A DNA stretch of 64,000 nucleotides, from sequence record OZ195776.1; one strand, 5' to 3'. Shown one piece after another: positions 54,609-64,000 of this stretch. How positions within the stretch are numbered: the first letter of the stretch is position 1; every line of letters begins with the position of its first letter. The notes below the pieces were generated by a model. It ran no database searches and had not been told where the DNA came from. It worked only from the letters and a program-made list of their open reading frames with translations. The position numbers and the translations under genes were made by a program.

Positions 54609-55685
54609 ATGTCTTTAATGGACCGTATGAAAAAGAGCTCTACCAGTGGCTACGCAAAAGTTTTGTCTAACTCAGAACTAATGCACAAAAAAGACCAAGT
54701 TCGAACCAGTATTCCTGCGTTGAACTTAGCGTTATCTGGTGAAATTGATGGTGGTTTAACAAGTGGCATTACGCTATTTGCTGGCCCGTCAAAACACTTT
54801 AAAACGCTGTTAGGTTGGATTACCGTTCGTTCGTTTTTGAACAAATACGACGATGGTGTCTGCGTGTTCCTGGATACAGAATTCGGTACCACTCCAGACT
54901 ATCTAAAATCACAGGGCATTGACCCTGACCGCGTACTGCACATTCAATGTGAGAACGTGGAACAGATGAAGTTTGAACTTGCTAACCAGCTAGAAGAGGT
55001 TAAGCGTGAAGACCGCGTTATTTTCTTCATCGACTCGGTTGGTAACGTGGCGTCTAAGAAAGAAGTCGAAGATGCACAAAACCAAAAATCTGTTGCTGAT
55101 ATGTCTCGTGCGAAACAGCTAAAAAGCATGTTCCGTATTGCAACTCCATATTGTACAACTCGCGATCTTCCTATTGTGGCAATCAACCACACATACGAAA
55201 CGCAAGAGATGTTCAGTAAAACAGTAATGTCTGGCGGTACTGGTCCAATGTACTCGGCAGATACAGTTATCATTCTTGGTAAACAGCAAGAAAAAGATGG
55301 CAAAGAATTAGTTGGCTACAACTTCATCATGAACATCGAGAAAAGCCGTTACGTGAAAGAGAAATCAAAGATTCCTCTACAAGTTACGTACGAAAAAGGC
55401 GTAAACGTGTTCTCTGGTCTAATGGACATTGCACTTGACTTAGGTTGGGTACATAAGCCAAACAACCGTTCATACCAAGTTGTGCTTGGTTACGATGAAG
55501 AAACCGGTGAAATGCTTTTAGACGAGAAGAAGTGGTATCGTAAAGATACAGACTGCGCAATGTTCTGGAAGCCATTGATTACTAATCCAGAATTCCGTGA
55601 AGCAGTTAAAGGTCACTTCTCGCTTGGTCAAATCGACTGTGAAGCGTTAGAAGCGGAAGCTGCTGAGTTATTCGAAGAAATGTAA
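54609..55685 (+). CDS. uvsX: RecA-like recombinase UvsX
   Basis: AGPSKHFKT, FLDTEFG, IDSVGN, VMSGGTG.MYSAD. Confidence 0.97.
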   Translation: MSLMDRMKKSSTSGYAKVLSNSELMHKKDQVRTSIPALNLALSGEIDGGLTSGITLFAGPSKHFKTLLGWITVRSFLNKYDDGVCVFLDTEFGTTPDYLKSQGIDPDRVLHIQCENVEQMKFELANQLEEVKREDRVIFFIDSVGNVASKKEVEDAQNQKSVADMSRAKQLKSMFRIATPYCTTRDLPIVAINHTYETQEMFSKTVMSGGTGPMYSADTVIILGKQQEKDGKELVGYNFIMNIEKSRYVKEKSKIPLQVTYEKGVNVFSGLMDIALDLGWVHKPNNRSYQVVLGYDEETGEMLLDEKKWYRKDTDCAMFWKPLITNPEFREAVKGHFSLGQIDCEALEAEAAELFEEM

Positions 55686-55691
55686 TACATT

Positions 55692-55713
55692 AGGGCGCGA
55701 AAGCGCCCTTTTT
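55692..55713 (+). terminator. Intrinsic terminator
   Basis: AGGGCGC-GAAA-GCGCCCT-TTTT. Confidence 0.8.
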
Positions 55714-55726
55714 GGAGAATAAAACC

Positions 55727-56020
55727 GTGGAAATAAGCCCAAAAGAAGTAAAACATGTTCTTCAAGAGTTGAAAGATAAAATCAAATTCAGTATACTCGT
55801 AGATGATGTAGAAGTGTATGTAACTAATATAATCGTCGAACCATCAGGGGGGTTACGAGTAGAGTTCTTTACTCAAAATCCCGATAAAGAAGATGAAGTT
55901 CGGCCTCATGTAGAGGCGTGTATACAAAAACTGATAAACGACGAGGAACAAAAAGAATGCAAATCGAAAGGTCCATTTTCTCGAACCTTCTCGAAAATCA
56001 TGAATATTTTGCGACGGTAA
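55727..56020 (+). CDS. 40: Head vertex assembly chaperone gp40-like
   Basis: Between uvsX and 41; HVEACIQK; GTG start after GGAG. Confidence 0.65.
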   Translation: MEISPKEVKHVLQELKDKIKFSILVDDVEVYVTNIIVEPSGGLRVEFFTQNPDKEDEVRPHVEACIQKLINDEEQKECKSKGPFSRTFSKIMNILRR

Positions 56021-57369
56021 TCCCACATTTGAAGGCTGGATACTTCCAGCGTTCATCTGACCGTGCAATTTTTAAAATGATTAAAGACCATGCTGATGAA
56101 TACAAACGTCGTGCAACCAAAGAAGTTTTGCTTGTCGGGGTAGAATCAATCCACGGTCTTTCCGAGTACGATCGAACGGAAATCATGGAAACGCTTGATA
56201 ATATCGAGCCACATCCATCACATGATCTTCGTTGGTTAATTGACACAACCGAGCGGTTTTGTGTCGAACAGAGTGTATTCAACGCTCTGAGTAAATCACT
56301 TGAAATTCAAGACAACTCGCGATTGCCAGACGAGCAACGCAATAAACGTCTTCCAGACATCGGTATCATTCCTGATTTGATGAGAAAAGCACTTGAAGTG
56401 TGTTTCGATACGTCGGTTGGTCATGAATACTTCGCTGATTGGGAACCTCGATACAAGAGTTACATTGAGAAAGCGCTTAAAATTCCATTTAGCATGAACA
56501 TCTTGAATAAGATCACGCAAGGTGGTGTTGAAAGAAGCACGTTAAATCTAATTCTAGCGGGTTCTAACGTCGGTAAATCACTTGGCTTGTGTCATTTAGC
56601 AACTGAGTATCTTCTACAGGGATACAACGTGTTATACATCTCCATGGAGATGAGTGAAGCAGCGGTTTCTAAACGTGTTGATGCCAACTTAATGGACATC
56701 AGTATGGATGACTTTGAGACGATTACTGAGAAAACGTACGGTAACCGAATCAAAGCACTTGAAGCTAAAACGCAAGGTAAGTTGTTCATCAAACAGTTCC
56801 CAACTGCTGGTGCATCTGTTACGCACTTCAATGCGTTGATGAACGAACTGAAACAGAAAAAGTCATTTGTACCAGACGTTGTTATTATCGATTACCTTGG
56901 CATCTGTGCAAGTAGTCGTGTAGCAAGTTCTGAAAACACATACGTTCACGTTAAAGCAATCGCCGAAGAAGTTCGTGGTTTTGCAGTAGAACACAACGTA
57001 GCAGTTTGGTCTGCAGCTCAGACAACTCGTAGCGCTTGGGATTCCAGTGATATGGGAATGGGAGACATTGCCGAATCGGCAGGTCTTGCTCATACAGCCG
57101 ACTTAATACTCGGTATCATGGAAACAGAAGAAACTGTGGCGATGGGACAACAACGTGTCAAGCAAATCAAGTCTCGTTACGCTGATAGAAACGTCGATCA
57201 GACGTTCATGATTGCAGTTAACAAAGCGAAACAACGTTGGGGTGATACTGACGGGGATCTGCGTGATTACACGAAGCAACCGGCTGAAAAGCAAGAATCG
57301 TCAGCAAGTCCGTTTGGCAAGAAACCAACAAAACCCAAAGAAGAGAAGAAATCTAACGTTAAGTGGTAA
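55957..57369 (+). CDS. 41: Replicative helicase gp41
   Basis: AGSNVGKS, YISMEM, IIDYLGI, DIAESAGL, KSRY. Confidence 0.97.
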   Translation: MQIERSIFSNLLENHEYFATVIPHLKAGYFQRSSDRAIFKMIKDHADEYKRRATKEVLLVGVESIHGLSEYDRTEIMETLDNIEPHPSHDLRWLIDTTERFCVEQSVFNALSKSLEIQDNSRLPDEQRNKRLPDIGIIPDLMRKALEVCFDTSVGHEYFADWEPRYKSYIEKALKIPFSMNILNKITQGGVERSTLNLILAGSNVGKSLGLCHLATEYLLQGYNVLYISMEMSEAAVSKRVDANLMDISMDDFETITEKTYGNRIKALEAKTQGKLFIKQFPTAGASVTHFNALMNELKQKKSFVPDVVIIDYLGICASSRVASSENTYVHVKAIAEEVRGFAVEHNVAVWSAAQTTRSAWDSSDMGMGDIAESAGLAHTADLILGIMETEETVAMGQQRVKQIKSRYADRNVDQTFMIAVNKAKQRWGDTDGDLRDYTKQPAEKQESSASPFGKKPTKPKEEKKSNVKW

Positions 57370-57371
57370 TA

Positions 57372-57635
57372 ATGATAGAAATAGTTGGTTCAAAATACTG
57401 TGGCGCTTGCGGAGAATACAAGCGTCGTCTCGAAAGAGATGGATTCGAATACAAGTGGTACGACACGTTAAATCCTTGCGAACGCGGCAACGAATTAGTT
57501 GAATTGGCTGCAGATGATGGGTACGAAAACATACCACTAGTATTTTACAAAAATGAGTGTATCGGTTCTGGAATCGGTACGTACAATAGACTATTGCAAC
57601 ATAAGGGAATTCTACCAGATGAAGTCATCTATTAA
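57372..57635 (+). CDS. Glutaredoxin-like (NrdH-type) protein
   Basis: CGAC, IPLVFYKNECIG; next to nrdD. Confidence 0.75.
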   Translation: MIEIVGSKYCGACGEYKRRLERDGFEYKWYDTLNPCERGNELVELAADDGYENIPLVFYKNECIGSGIGTYNRLLQHKGILPDEVIY

Positions 57636-59472
57636 GCAACTGGTATACGGCGACACTGAAATTAACGAAAACGCCAACAAAGATAGCAAATTGATCCCAA
57701 CAATGCGTGACTTAACTGCCGGTATTGTTTCGAAAGACCTTGCATTGAATGACATTCTGCCAAAGCATATTGCAGAAGCACATATCTCTGGCGACCTCCA
57801 TTTCCACGACTTGGATTACAGTCCACTTTACCCAATGTTCAACTGCATGTTGATTGACGTTAAAGGTATGTTGGAAAACGGATTCAAGCTGGGCAATGCT
57901 GACATTGAAACGCCTAAGAGCATTCATACCGCAGCAACAATCACATCACAAATCATCCAACAAGTTGCATCGCACATTTACGGTGGTAACTCAATCGGTC
58001 GCATTGATGAAGTACTTGCTCCTTACGTTCGCAAATCATACCACAAGGCACTTGAACGTGGTCGTCAGTGGACAGAAAGCGAAGCAAAAGCAGCAATTTT
58101 CGCTCGTGAAACTGTAGCAAAAGAAACGTACGATGCGTTCCAAACTCTAGAATACCAGACGAATAGCATGCAGACTACAAATGGTCAGACGCCATTCACT
58201 ACGCTTAATTTCGGTCTTGGTACAAGCTGGGAAGAACGCCTAATTCAAGAAAGCATTTTGAAAGTGCGTATCGCTGGTCTTGGCAAAGAACGCAAAACAG
58301 CAATCTTTCCTAAACTGGTATTCACGCTAAAAGACGGTGTAAACCTGAAAGAAGGTGATCCGAACTACGCGATTAAACAACTCGCGCTAGAATGTGCATC
58401 GAAACGTATGTACCCAGATATTCTATGTTATGATCGTCTGGTAGAGCGCACCGGATCGTTTAAGCCACCAATGGGATGTCGTAGTTTCCTAAACGTTTGG
58501 GAAAATGAAGAAGGCGAACAAATCCACGATGGTCGTAACAACCTCGGAGTGGTTTCGGTAAACATTCCGCGTATTGCTATTGAAGCTGGTGGCGATCCGA
58601 ACAAATTTTTCAGTCTACTAGATGACCGTTGTCAAGTAGCATTTGAAGCACTACAACTTCGTATTGAACGTTTCCGTGGCGTTAAAGCATCAGTTGCTCC
58701 GATCCTGTACTGTGAAGGTGCAATGGGCACTCGTCTTGATCCAGATGATGATGTAATGGAACTGTTTGAAGATGGTCGCGCAAGTATCTCGTTGGGCTAC
58801 ATTGGTCTACATGAAGCTGTAACGTACCTGGACAAGCAAAACCCAGAACACACGTTTGATAGCAAGCGTAAGCAAGACTACGCAAAAGGCATCGTGAAAA
58901 TCCTAAGCGATTACACGAAGAAGTGGAAAGAAGAGACTGGCTTTGCATACAGCTTGTACTCAACTCCATCTGAGTCACTTTGTGATCGTTTCTGTCGCCT
59001 TGATCGTGAGAAGTTTGGTGTTATTGAAGGCGTGAACGACAAAGAGTACTACACTAACTCGTTCCACTTGGACGTATTCAAGCACGTTGATCCGTTTGGT
59101 AAGATTGATTTCGAAGCAGAATACTCTCAGTGGGCATCTGGCGGTTTCATCAGTTACGTAGAGTTCCCTAACATGCAGCACAACCTCAAAGGGCTTGAGC
59201 GCGTTTGGGATTACGCTTACACCAAATTACCATACTTCGGTACGAATACTCCAATTGACCATTGTGGCAGTTGTGGTTGGTCTGGTGAAGCTGATTGTAC
59301 ATCAACTGGTTTTGTGTGTCCTTCGTGTGGAGAAACAAAGCCAACAAAATTGTCTGTCACTCGCAGAACGTGCGGCTATCTAGGAAATCCATCAGCGCGT
59401 GGATGGAACCGTGGCAAGACCGTAGAAATGCAAAATCGCGTTAAGCACTATGAACCATCAGCGGGTCTATAA
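57619..59472 (+). CDS. nrdD: Anaerobic ribonucleotide reductase
   Basis: HFHDLDY, MGCRSF, GRNNLGVVSVN, YYTNSFH, RRTCGYLG glycyl-radical motif. Confidence 0.97.
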   Translation: MKSSIKQLVYGDTEINENANKDSKLIPTMRDLTAGIVSKDLALNDILPKHIAEAHISGDLHFHDLDYSPLYPMFNCMLIDVKGMLENGFKLGNADIETPKSIHTAATITSQIIQQVASHIYGGNSIGRIDEVLAPYVRKSYHKALERGRQWTESEAKAAIFARETVAKETYDAFQTLEYQTNSMQTTNGQTPFTTLNFGLGTSWEERLIQESILKVRIAGLGKERKTAIFPKLVFTLKDGVNLKEGDPNYAIKQLALECASKRMYPDILCYDRLVERTGSFKPPMGCRSFLNVWENEEGEQIHDGRNNLGVVSVNIPRIAIEAGGDPNKFFSLLDDRCQVAFEALQLRIERFRGVKASVAPILYCEGAMGTRLDPDDDVMELFEDGRASISLGYIGLHEAVTYLDKQNPEHTFDSKRKQDYAKGIVKILSDYTKKWKEETGFAYSLYSTPSESLCDRFCRLDREKFGVIEGVNDKEYYTNSFHLDVFKHVDPFGKIDFEAEYSQWASGGFISYVEFPNMQHNLKGLERVWDYAYTKLPYFGTNTPIDHCGSCGWSGEADCTSTGFVCPSCGETKPTKLSVTRRTCGYLGNPSARGWNRGKTVEMQNRVKHYEPSAGL

Positions 59473-59506
59473 TGCTTTAATGGACCGAGCTCAGACTCGG
59501 TAATAG

Positions 59507-59532
59507 AAGCCGCTAAATGCGGCTTTATTTTT
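59507..59532 (+). terminator. Intrinsic terminator
   Basis: AAGCCGC/GCGGCTT plus T-tract. Confidence 0.75.
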
Positions 59533-59562
59533 GTTGACATAAAAAATAAATTCCTGTAATAT
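59533..59562 (+). promoter_or_regulatory. Early promoter for nrdG
   Basis: TTGACA-N17-TAATAT with the same CCTG-TAATAT context as other early promoters. Confidence 0.8.
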
Positions 59563-59606
59563 AGGCCGGGTCTGAACTGAACTCGGTATTAAATCAAGGA
59601 AACGTA

Positions 59607-60056
59607 ATGAACTATCACAAAATCATCAAGCATGATTTTCAAAACGGAGAAGGGTGCAGAGTTACTCTCTTCGTTTCTGGGTGTATTCACGCCTGTGACG
59701 GTTGCTACAACAAGAGCACTTGGAACCCGAAATCTGGTTCACCTTTCACAGAAAACGTGTTAGAATCGATTTTAGATGCGTTAGATTTCCACGATGGATT
59801 GTCACTGTCTGGTGGAGATCCGATGCACCATAGAAACAGAGATGAGATACACAAGCTCTGTAAAGCGGTTAAGGAACGATATCCAGATAAAGACATTTGG
59901 ATGTGGTCTGGTTATCGTTTTGAAGATCTCAAAGATGAGCCTGTAATGGCTTATGTCGATGTCCTAATCGATGGAAAATACGAGAAGGACAACACGTCGC
60001 TATTACCTTGGAGAGGTAGCGATAATCAACGTCTAATCAAAGTGAAAGAATTATGA
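59607..60056 (+). CDS. nrdG: Anaerobic RNR activating enzyme
   Basis: FVSGCIHACDGCYN, LSGGDP, VLIDGKY, WRGSDNQ. Confidence 0.97.
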   Translation: MNYHKIIKHDFQNGEGCRVTLFVSGCIHACDGCYNKSTWNPKSGSPFTENVLESILDALDFHDGLSLSGGDPMHHRNRDEIHKLCKAVKERYPDKDIWMWSGYRFEDLKDEPVMAYVDVLIDGKYEKDNTSLLPWRGSDNQRLIKVKEL

Positions 60057-60268
60057 GACAAGAAATGATATCGCCTGGTCGTTTACGATTCGTTTTTCAT
60101 GATGAGTACGTAATGACCAAACACGATAAATGGGATGACTGCAATGGATTCTGGTTAGATGAACGCATCTTCTGGCATTCCTGGTTAGCAGACGTCCTTA
60201 AAGAGCATATTGGATTTACTGATATGTTTCGAATTGGTTCACGAGGCTTTGAGTGCATCGAATGGTGA
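60053..60268 (+). CDS. Hypothetical protein
   Basis: ATGA overlap. Confidence 0.5.
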   Translation: MRQEMISPGRLRFVFHDEYVMTKHDKWDDCNGFWLDERIFWHSWLADVLKEHIGFTDMFRIGSRGFECIEW

Positions 60269-60286
60269 AATAAAATAGGATAAGTC

Positions 60287-60811
60287 ATGAGCAACACATG
60301 GATCAGCTCCGATTTGCATATCGGACATCAACGAATTGGAAACTTCCGCAACGGAATCAACTCTGATGCGGAGAACCGTGCTTGGATTGAAGAGTTTTGG
60401 TGGAAGAACATCAAACCTCGCGACCAAGTAATCTTACTAGGCGACAGCGCTTTCTCAGAAGAAGCTGTTGATTGGTTTGCGCGTTTACCTGGTACCAAAA
60501 TCAACTATGGTGGCAACCACGACGATCTACCGATTGAGAGTTATCTTCGTGCGTTTGACAAGTATCGTGGCTGTAAGAACCAATCAAAATTGGGTTGGTT
60601 GAGTCATTTCCCACTACATCCTGCTGAATTGCGCGGCAAGTTCTGTATCCATGGTCATGTTCACTACGAGACCATTGACGATTGGCGTTATATCAACGTC
60701 TGTTGCGATAACTTGCAAGAAAGCATTGGACAACCATTCATTAACATCGAACACCTACGTCGTATCATTGAGCTCCGTAAGCAGAAGCAAAAAGTGGTAT
60801 ATTGTAAGTAA
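60287..60811 (+). CDS. Calcineurin-like metallophosphoesterase
   Basis: SDLHIGH, LGD, GNHD, SHFP, HGHVH. Confidence 0.9.
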   Translation: MSNTWISSDLHIGHQRIGNFRNGINSDAENRAWIEEFWWKNIKPRDQVILLGDSAFSEEAVDWFARLPGTKINYGGNHDDLPIESYLRAFDKYRGCKNQSKLGWLSHFPLHPAELRGKFCIHGHVHYETIDDWRYINVCCDNLQESIGQPFINIEHLRRIIELRKQKQKVVYCK

Positions 60812-60850
60812 CGATAAATACGCATACGTCTCACTCACAATTAAGGACGT

Positions 60851-61735
60851 ATGCAGAATGTTTTATCCAAATATGATGCGAAGTGGGTCAATCGCCGTAA
60901 GGTTTGTGTTTATACCGACGGCAATCGAATAGACCTACTCATGAAACTAGCCGAGGAGTTGCAAGGAACGTACCATAAAAGGGATCCAGGCAGCGGAATC
61001 GGTTGTATTAAACTGGAAGATGTAAGAGTGTATGTCAAACCGAAAACATTACCAGGACAAGCCAATGAATTAGCATTTGTCCAACACATCGAGTCTTTTT
61101 TAGGTGACGGACCCATTGATATTCGTATCAATGACCGACTTCTCAAGGGCGTGTATGAAGTTCAATACACTGCTCAGTTAACTCGTCGTAACCGCAAAGC
61201 TGATGTAGTATTGCTATCTCATGACGGCAAAGTGCCAATATCGCTGAAACAAACTAACGCTAGTCGTTGGTCTTCTGCAGATAAATCGCACGGAGCTGAA
61301 GCAAGAGAGCTATTACGAGCTGCGCTAACACGAGGAGATGTGGAGTTACAATCGCGACCTGTTCAATACGACGACGATGACATTTATCGCGTCACCAACC
61401 AGATTGCGAGGAAACTCACAATCGATGAAATTGATAGCGTTGTGTTTGGCTCTGATGTCATGAATAAAGGTTTTGTTCTAATCAACGACTTCTGTTCGTC
61501 AAACTTCACCAGAACTCCTAACGGACTGCTGGTGGATGGTAAGATGATACGGAGTCGCGACGAAATCATAAATACTGAATATCACCCGTATTTGTTGATC
61601 CGGAACGACGTCGGTAGAAACCCTAAACACCTCCCACGAGGAATTAGAGCGGAAATCGTCTATAAATCCCAGATAACATCAAATACTGTATTATACGGGT
61701 CCAACTGTATACCAGAGGAAAACAATGGCACTTAA
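60851..61735 (+). CDS. Hypothetical protein, restriction-endonuclease-like fold possible
   Basis: RKADVVL...PISLKQ. Confidence 0.45.
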   Translation: MQNVLSKYDAKWVNRRKVCVYTDGNRIDLLMKLAEELQGTYHKRDPGSGIGCIKLEDVRVYVKPKTLPGQANELAFVQHIESFLGDGPIDIRINDRLLKGVYEVQYTAQLTRRNRKADVVLLSHDGKVPISLKQTNASRWSSADKSHGAEARELLRAALTRGDVELQSRPVQYDDDDIYRVTNQIARKLTIDEIDSVVFGSDVMNKGFVLINDFCSSNFTRTPNGLLVDGKMIRSRDEIINTEYHPYLLIRNDVGRNPKHLPRGIRAEIVYKSQITSNTVLYGSNCIPEENNGT

Positions 61736-62546
61736 AGATAGCATTGAAGAGCTTATCGGTTCTGTTCATAGTTGCGGTACGCGCGACGGTGTTAAAGAAC
61801 TAGAAGGTCTTTTTAGCAAAAAGCAAAAGGAACTTGGTGGCAACATCACTCCTATGATGGCAATTCGTGTTAAGGATGCGATCAATACTCGTTACCAGCA
61901 ATTTGATGATATGGAAAGCGAGCGTAAGGAAATGGAAGCCAACAAGAAGAAAGATGAAGAAGCAGCTAAGATTCAAGCTAAGATGGACGAAGGTCTGTTT
62001 GTTAGTACGGATGTTGAATTCTTCAATCATGAAGTTCCGCTCGATGAGACTGATATCAGCGCTGTTTGTATCATGGATATGAACGCACGTGTACCTACAA
62101 AAGGTCATCGTGAATTGCTTGGTATGATCGAAGACGCCGCAGATCACGTTGGTGCAACTGCGCGAGTTTACGTAAACGAAGGTGGGGTTGCAGATAAGCG
62201 TCAGCTAATCGAATCCATCGCTCCAGAATCCGTGAAAGTGCTTGAGAAAGACTACATGGTTGCTGAGCTAGACCGTCTACGTGATTTAGGTGCAACGCGT
62301 GTATTTGCGTTTGTACCAGAAAGTCGTGTAGCTGAGTACCGTCGTTACGGCAGACATTTTCTTCGTGAAGGTCAACGTTTCGAAGTCGTTACGTACAATA
62401 ACAAGACACGCTCCGCTGAGATGGTTGAGTTCGTACGTAAAGATGATTTTGACAGCTTCTTAGAAGCATCCCCATTCGAACCAGCAATGTCGGAAGTGAT
62501 TTACGAATCATTACTGTTCGATTACGTAGAGGCAGAGACTGAATGA
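61725..62546 (+). CDS. Cytidyltransferase-like (TxGH) protein with N-terminal extension
   Basis: RVPTKGHRELL, VPESRVAEY, SAEMVEFVRKDDFDSF; TATAAATC at 61661. Confidence 0.5.
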   Translation: MALKDSIEELIGSVHSCGTRDGVKELEGLFSKKQKELGGNITPMMAIRVKDAINTRYQQFDDMESERKEMEANKKKDEEAAKIQAKMDEGLFVSTDVEFFNHEVPLDETDISAVCIMDMNARVPTKGHRELLGMIEDAADHVGATARVYVNEGGVADKRQLIESIAPESVKVLEKDYMVAELDRLRDLGATRVFAFVPESRVAEYRRYGRHFLREGQRFEVVTYNNKTRSAEMVEFVRKDDFDSFLEASPFEPAMSEVIYESLLFDYVEAETE

Positions 62547-63031
62547 GTATAGCAAAACGTGGAGCTGATGGGTTCTATGCGTTGCGTCTCGCAAATCTAA
62601 TGCGTATTCCGTTTACTAAATGGAAGGCATTTGAATTGGGTCTTATTGACGCTAACGGACAGAAACTCCGTGATGCAGAAACTCCATTTGAAAAAAGTAA
62701 CTGGACGCTATTCCACGTAACTGCTGCTAATCTGAAAAAGATTGTCAACAAGTTACCTGGTGGCAAGACCATGCTTACATTCGGTGCATCGTTTTTGTTA
62801 TTGAAAGAACTCGCAGCAACTTACGAGTTGAGCGATGATTTCATTACAGAGACAAGCGAATTGCACGAAGCAATGGTTGCTGGTGATGCTGGCGGGGATC
62901 CAGATATGATTGCGAAGGGTGAAAACTCTGGTCCAATTACATCTCCTGGTCCAAAAGTGCTTGGTAAGAAAAAGCGCAAAGTTAAACGATTTAATCACTA
63001 CAAGGACAAAGACAGTGGCAAAGACATTTGA
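62543..63031 (+). CDS. T4 gp61.1-like conserved hypothetical protein
   Basis: PFTKWKAFELGLIDANG, FHVTAANLKKI; upstream of primase. Confidence 0.7.
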   Translation: MSIAKRGADGFYALRLANLMRIPFTKWKAFELGLIDANGQKLRDAETPFEKSNWTLFHVTAANLKKIVNKLPGGKTMLTFGASFLLLKELAATYELSDDFITETSELHEAMVAGDAGGDPDMIAKGENSGPITSPGPKVLGKKKRKVKRFNHYKDKDSGKDI

Positions 63032-63251
63032 TCAATACATAGCTGAGGTTGCGGTCAACATCGCACAGCTATATCGTATTCTTGATGAGCTTGGTGGCAC
63101 GTCTGTGTATGATCCAGCAGCAGACATTGCAGCAGGATTCAACGCCGACAAAGCCGGTACAGTTCAAAAGATTATCGATCTGGTAACCAAGTCGAAAGAA
63201 GATACTGGTTACACAGTTGCTAATCTAAAGTCGTTCCAACGACGCATTTAA
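63015..63251 (+). CDS. Small protein with capsid-targeting-like N-terminus (MAKTFDQYIAE)
   Basis: GTG start, AAGGA RBS. Confidence 0.6.
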   Translation: MAKTFDQYIAEVAVNIAQLYRILDELGGTSVYDPAADIAAGFNADKAGTVQKIIDLVTKSKEDTGYTVANLKSFQRRI

Positions 63252-63276
63252 TTATGAAAAGCCCTCGCCAGAGGGC

Positions 63277-63305
63277 TTGATTCTTGTGAAAATCCGATGT
63301 ACAAT
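63277..63305 (+). promoter_or_regulatory. Promoter for primase
   Basis: TTGATT-N17-TACAAT, overlapping the hairpin AAGCCCTC/GAGGGCTT. Confidence 0.6.
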
Positions 63306-63324
63306 GCGTGCACGGAGGTAGATT

Positions 63325-64000
63325 ATGAGTTTATTAGTAGAAATTCAATACGCTAAGATGCTTCAACATCGTCTTACGCTTCCAAAAGTTGTTAGCAATC
63401 GTCCATTCAAACTTAATGCACGCTGCCCTGTATGCGGGGATTCACGCAAGAAAAAGCATTTATGTCGATTTTGGATTAATGAAGTCAAAGATAAGCACGG
63501 TATTCGTTTACGAGTTGGTTGCTGGAACTGCGACTACAACGAAACGCTTTCAACCTTTCTAAAAGACCACGAGCCTGCTCTATTCGCGCAATATCGCGTT
63601 GAAATGTTTAAAGAGAGCAACAGTCGGGTAGAAACACCTAAAGAAACACAAGTAGAAGAACCTGTAGTAGAAGAGCAAGAACCGGAACAGGAAGAACCTA
63701 AGGTCATTGCCACTTCTGAACAGAGCAAGTTATTCCACCGTATTACGGATTTGAAGGAAGATCATGTGCTTAGAAAGTACGTGAAACATCGACAGATACC
63801 AGAAGACAAGTGGCATTTGCTGGGATTCACACGAACATGGACAGCGCTTGCAAAAAAACTTCGTCCTGACCTTTATCCTGGTGAGATTACAGAGGATCAT
63901 CCAAGACTGGTGATTCCGATATACAACTCGGAAGGATTAATAGCCGTTCAAGGACGTGCACTTACGAATAAGCACACTCAGCGTTATATGACCATCAAGA
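63325..64000 (+). CDS. 61: DNA primase gp61 (runs off window end; not in track)
   Basis: NARCPVCGDS...GCWNC zinc finger, PRLVIPI, AVQGRAL; GGAGG RBS. Confidence 0.93.
   Translation, partial: MSLLVEIQYAKMLQHRLTLPKVVSNRPFKLNARCPVCGDSRKKKHLCRFWINEVKDKHGIRLRVGCWNCDYNETLSTFLKDHEPALFAQYRVEMFKESNSRVETPKETQVEEPVVEEQEPEQEEPKVIATSEQSKLFHRITDLKEDHVLRKYVKHRQIPEDKWHLLGFTRTWTALAKKLRPDLYPGEITEDHPRLVIPIYNSEGLIAVQGRALTNKHTQRYMTIK

Noticed and set aside
57619-60056. Group I intron or intein in nrdD, nrdG, or genes 43 and 41
   Set aside because: ORFs are continuous with expected lengths and motifs; no intein C/S...HN signatures seen
431-63728. Many antisense or alternate-frame ORFs in the track (e.g. 2659..3066, 13904..14251, 37648..38100, 53423..53935)
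   Set aside because: They overlap well-supported genes, lack an RBS and show no motifs; shadow ORFs
1-64000. tRNA genes, CRISPR arrays, rRNA
   Set aside because: No cloverleaf or T-loop signature or repeat-spacer periodicity seen by eye; tRNAscan-SE would be the definitive check

Overview
64 kb of a large T4-like (Tevenvirinae/Straboviridae-type) lytic phage genome; a Vibrio or other marine gammaproteobacterial host is my inference. 1-29.7 kb is a mostly minus-strand accessory/early region (macrodomain, two NADARs, radical SAM, CYTH, RegB-like, J-domain, PseT, spanins, RNA ligase, ClpP-like) ending in frd-32-59-33-dsbA-rnh. 29.9-36.8 kb holds long tail fibre genes 34 and 35, followed by an origin-like repeat region. 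37.4-64 kb is the plus-strand core module (24-like, 55, 47, tk, 46, 45, 44, 62, regA, 43, uvsX, 40, 41, nrdD, nrdG, 61). Best candidates for undescribed biology: (1) five paralogous acidic proteins sharing MK(I/V)R(N/L)GFVSNSSSSSF near a radical SAM/SPASM-type enzyme, possibly a protein-modification system; (2) a 30-aa micro-prepilin missed by the ORF track; (3) conserved promoter-proximal leaders with GNRA or covarying hairpins (nut-like layout); (4) a pseudoknotted RNA leader on the homing endonuclease gene; (5) proteins with T4 capsid-targeting-like N-termini, including a methyltransferase. No tRNAs, CRISPR arrays or introns were seen. All family calls come from motif recognition by eye, not database searches.
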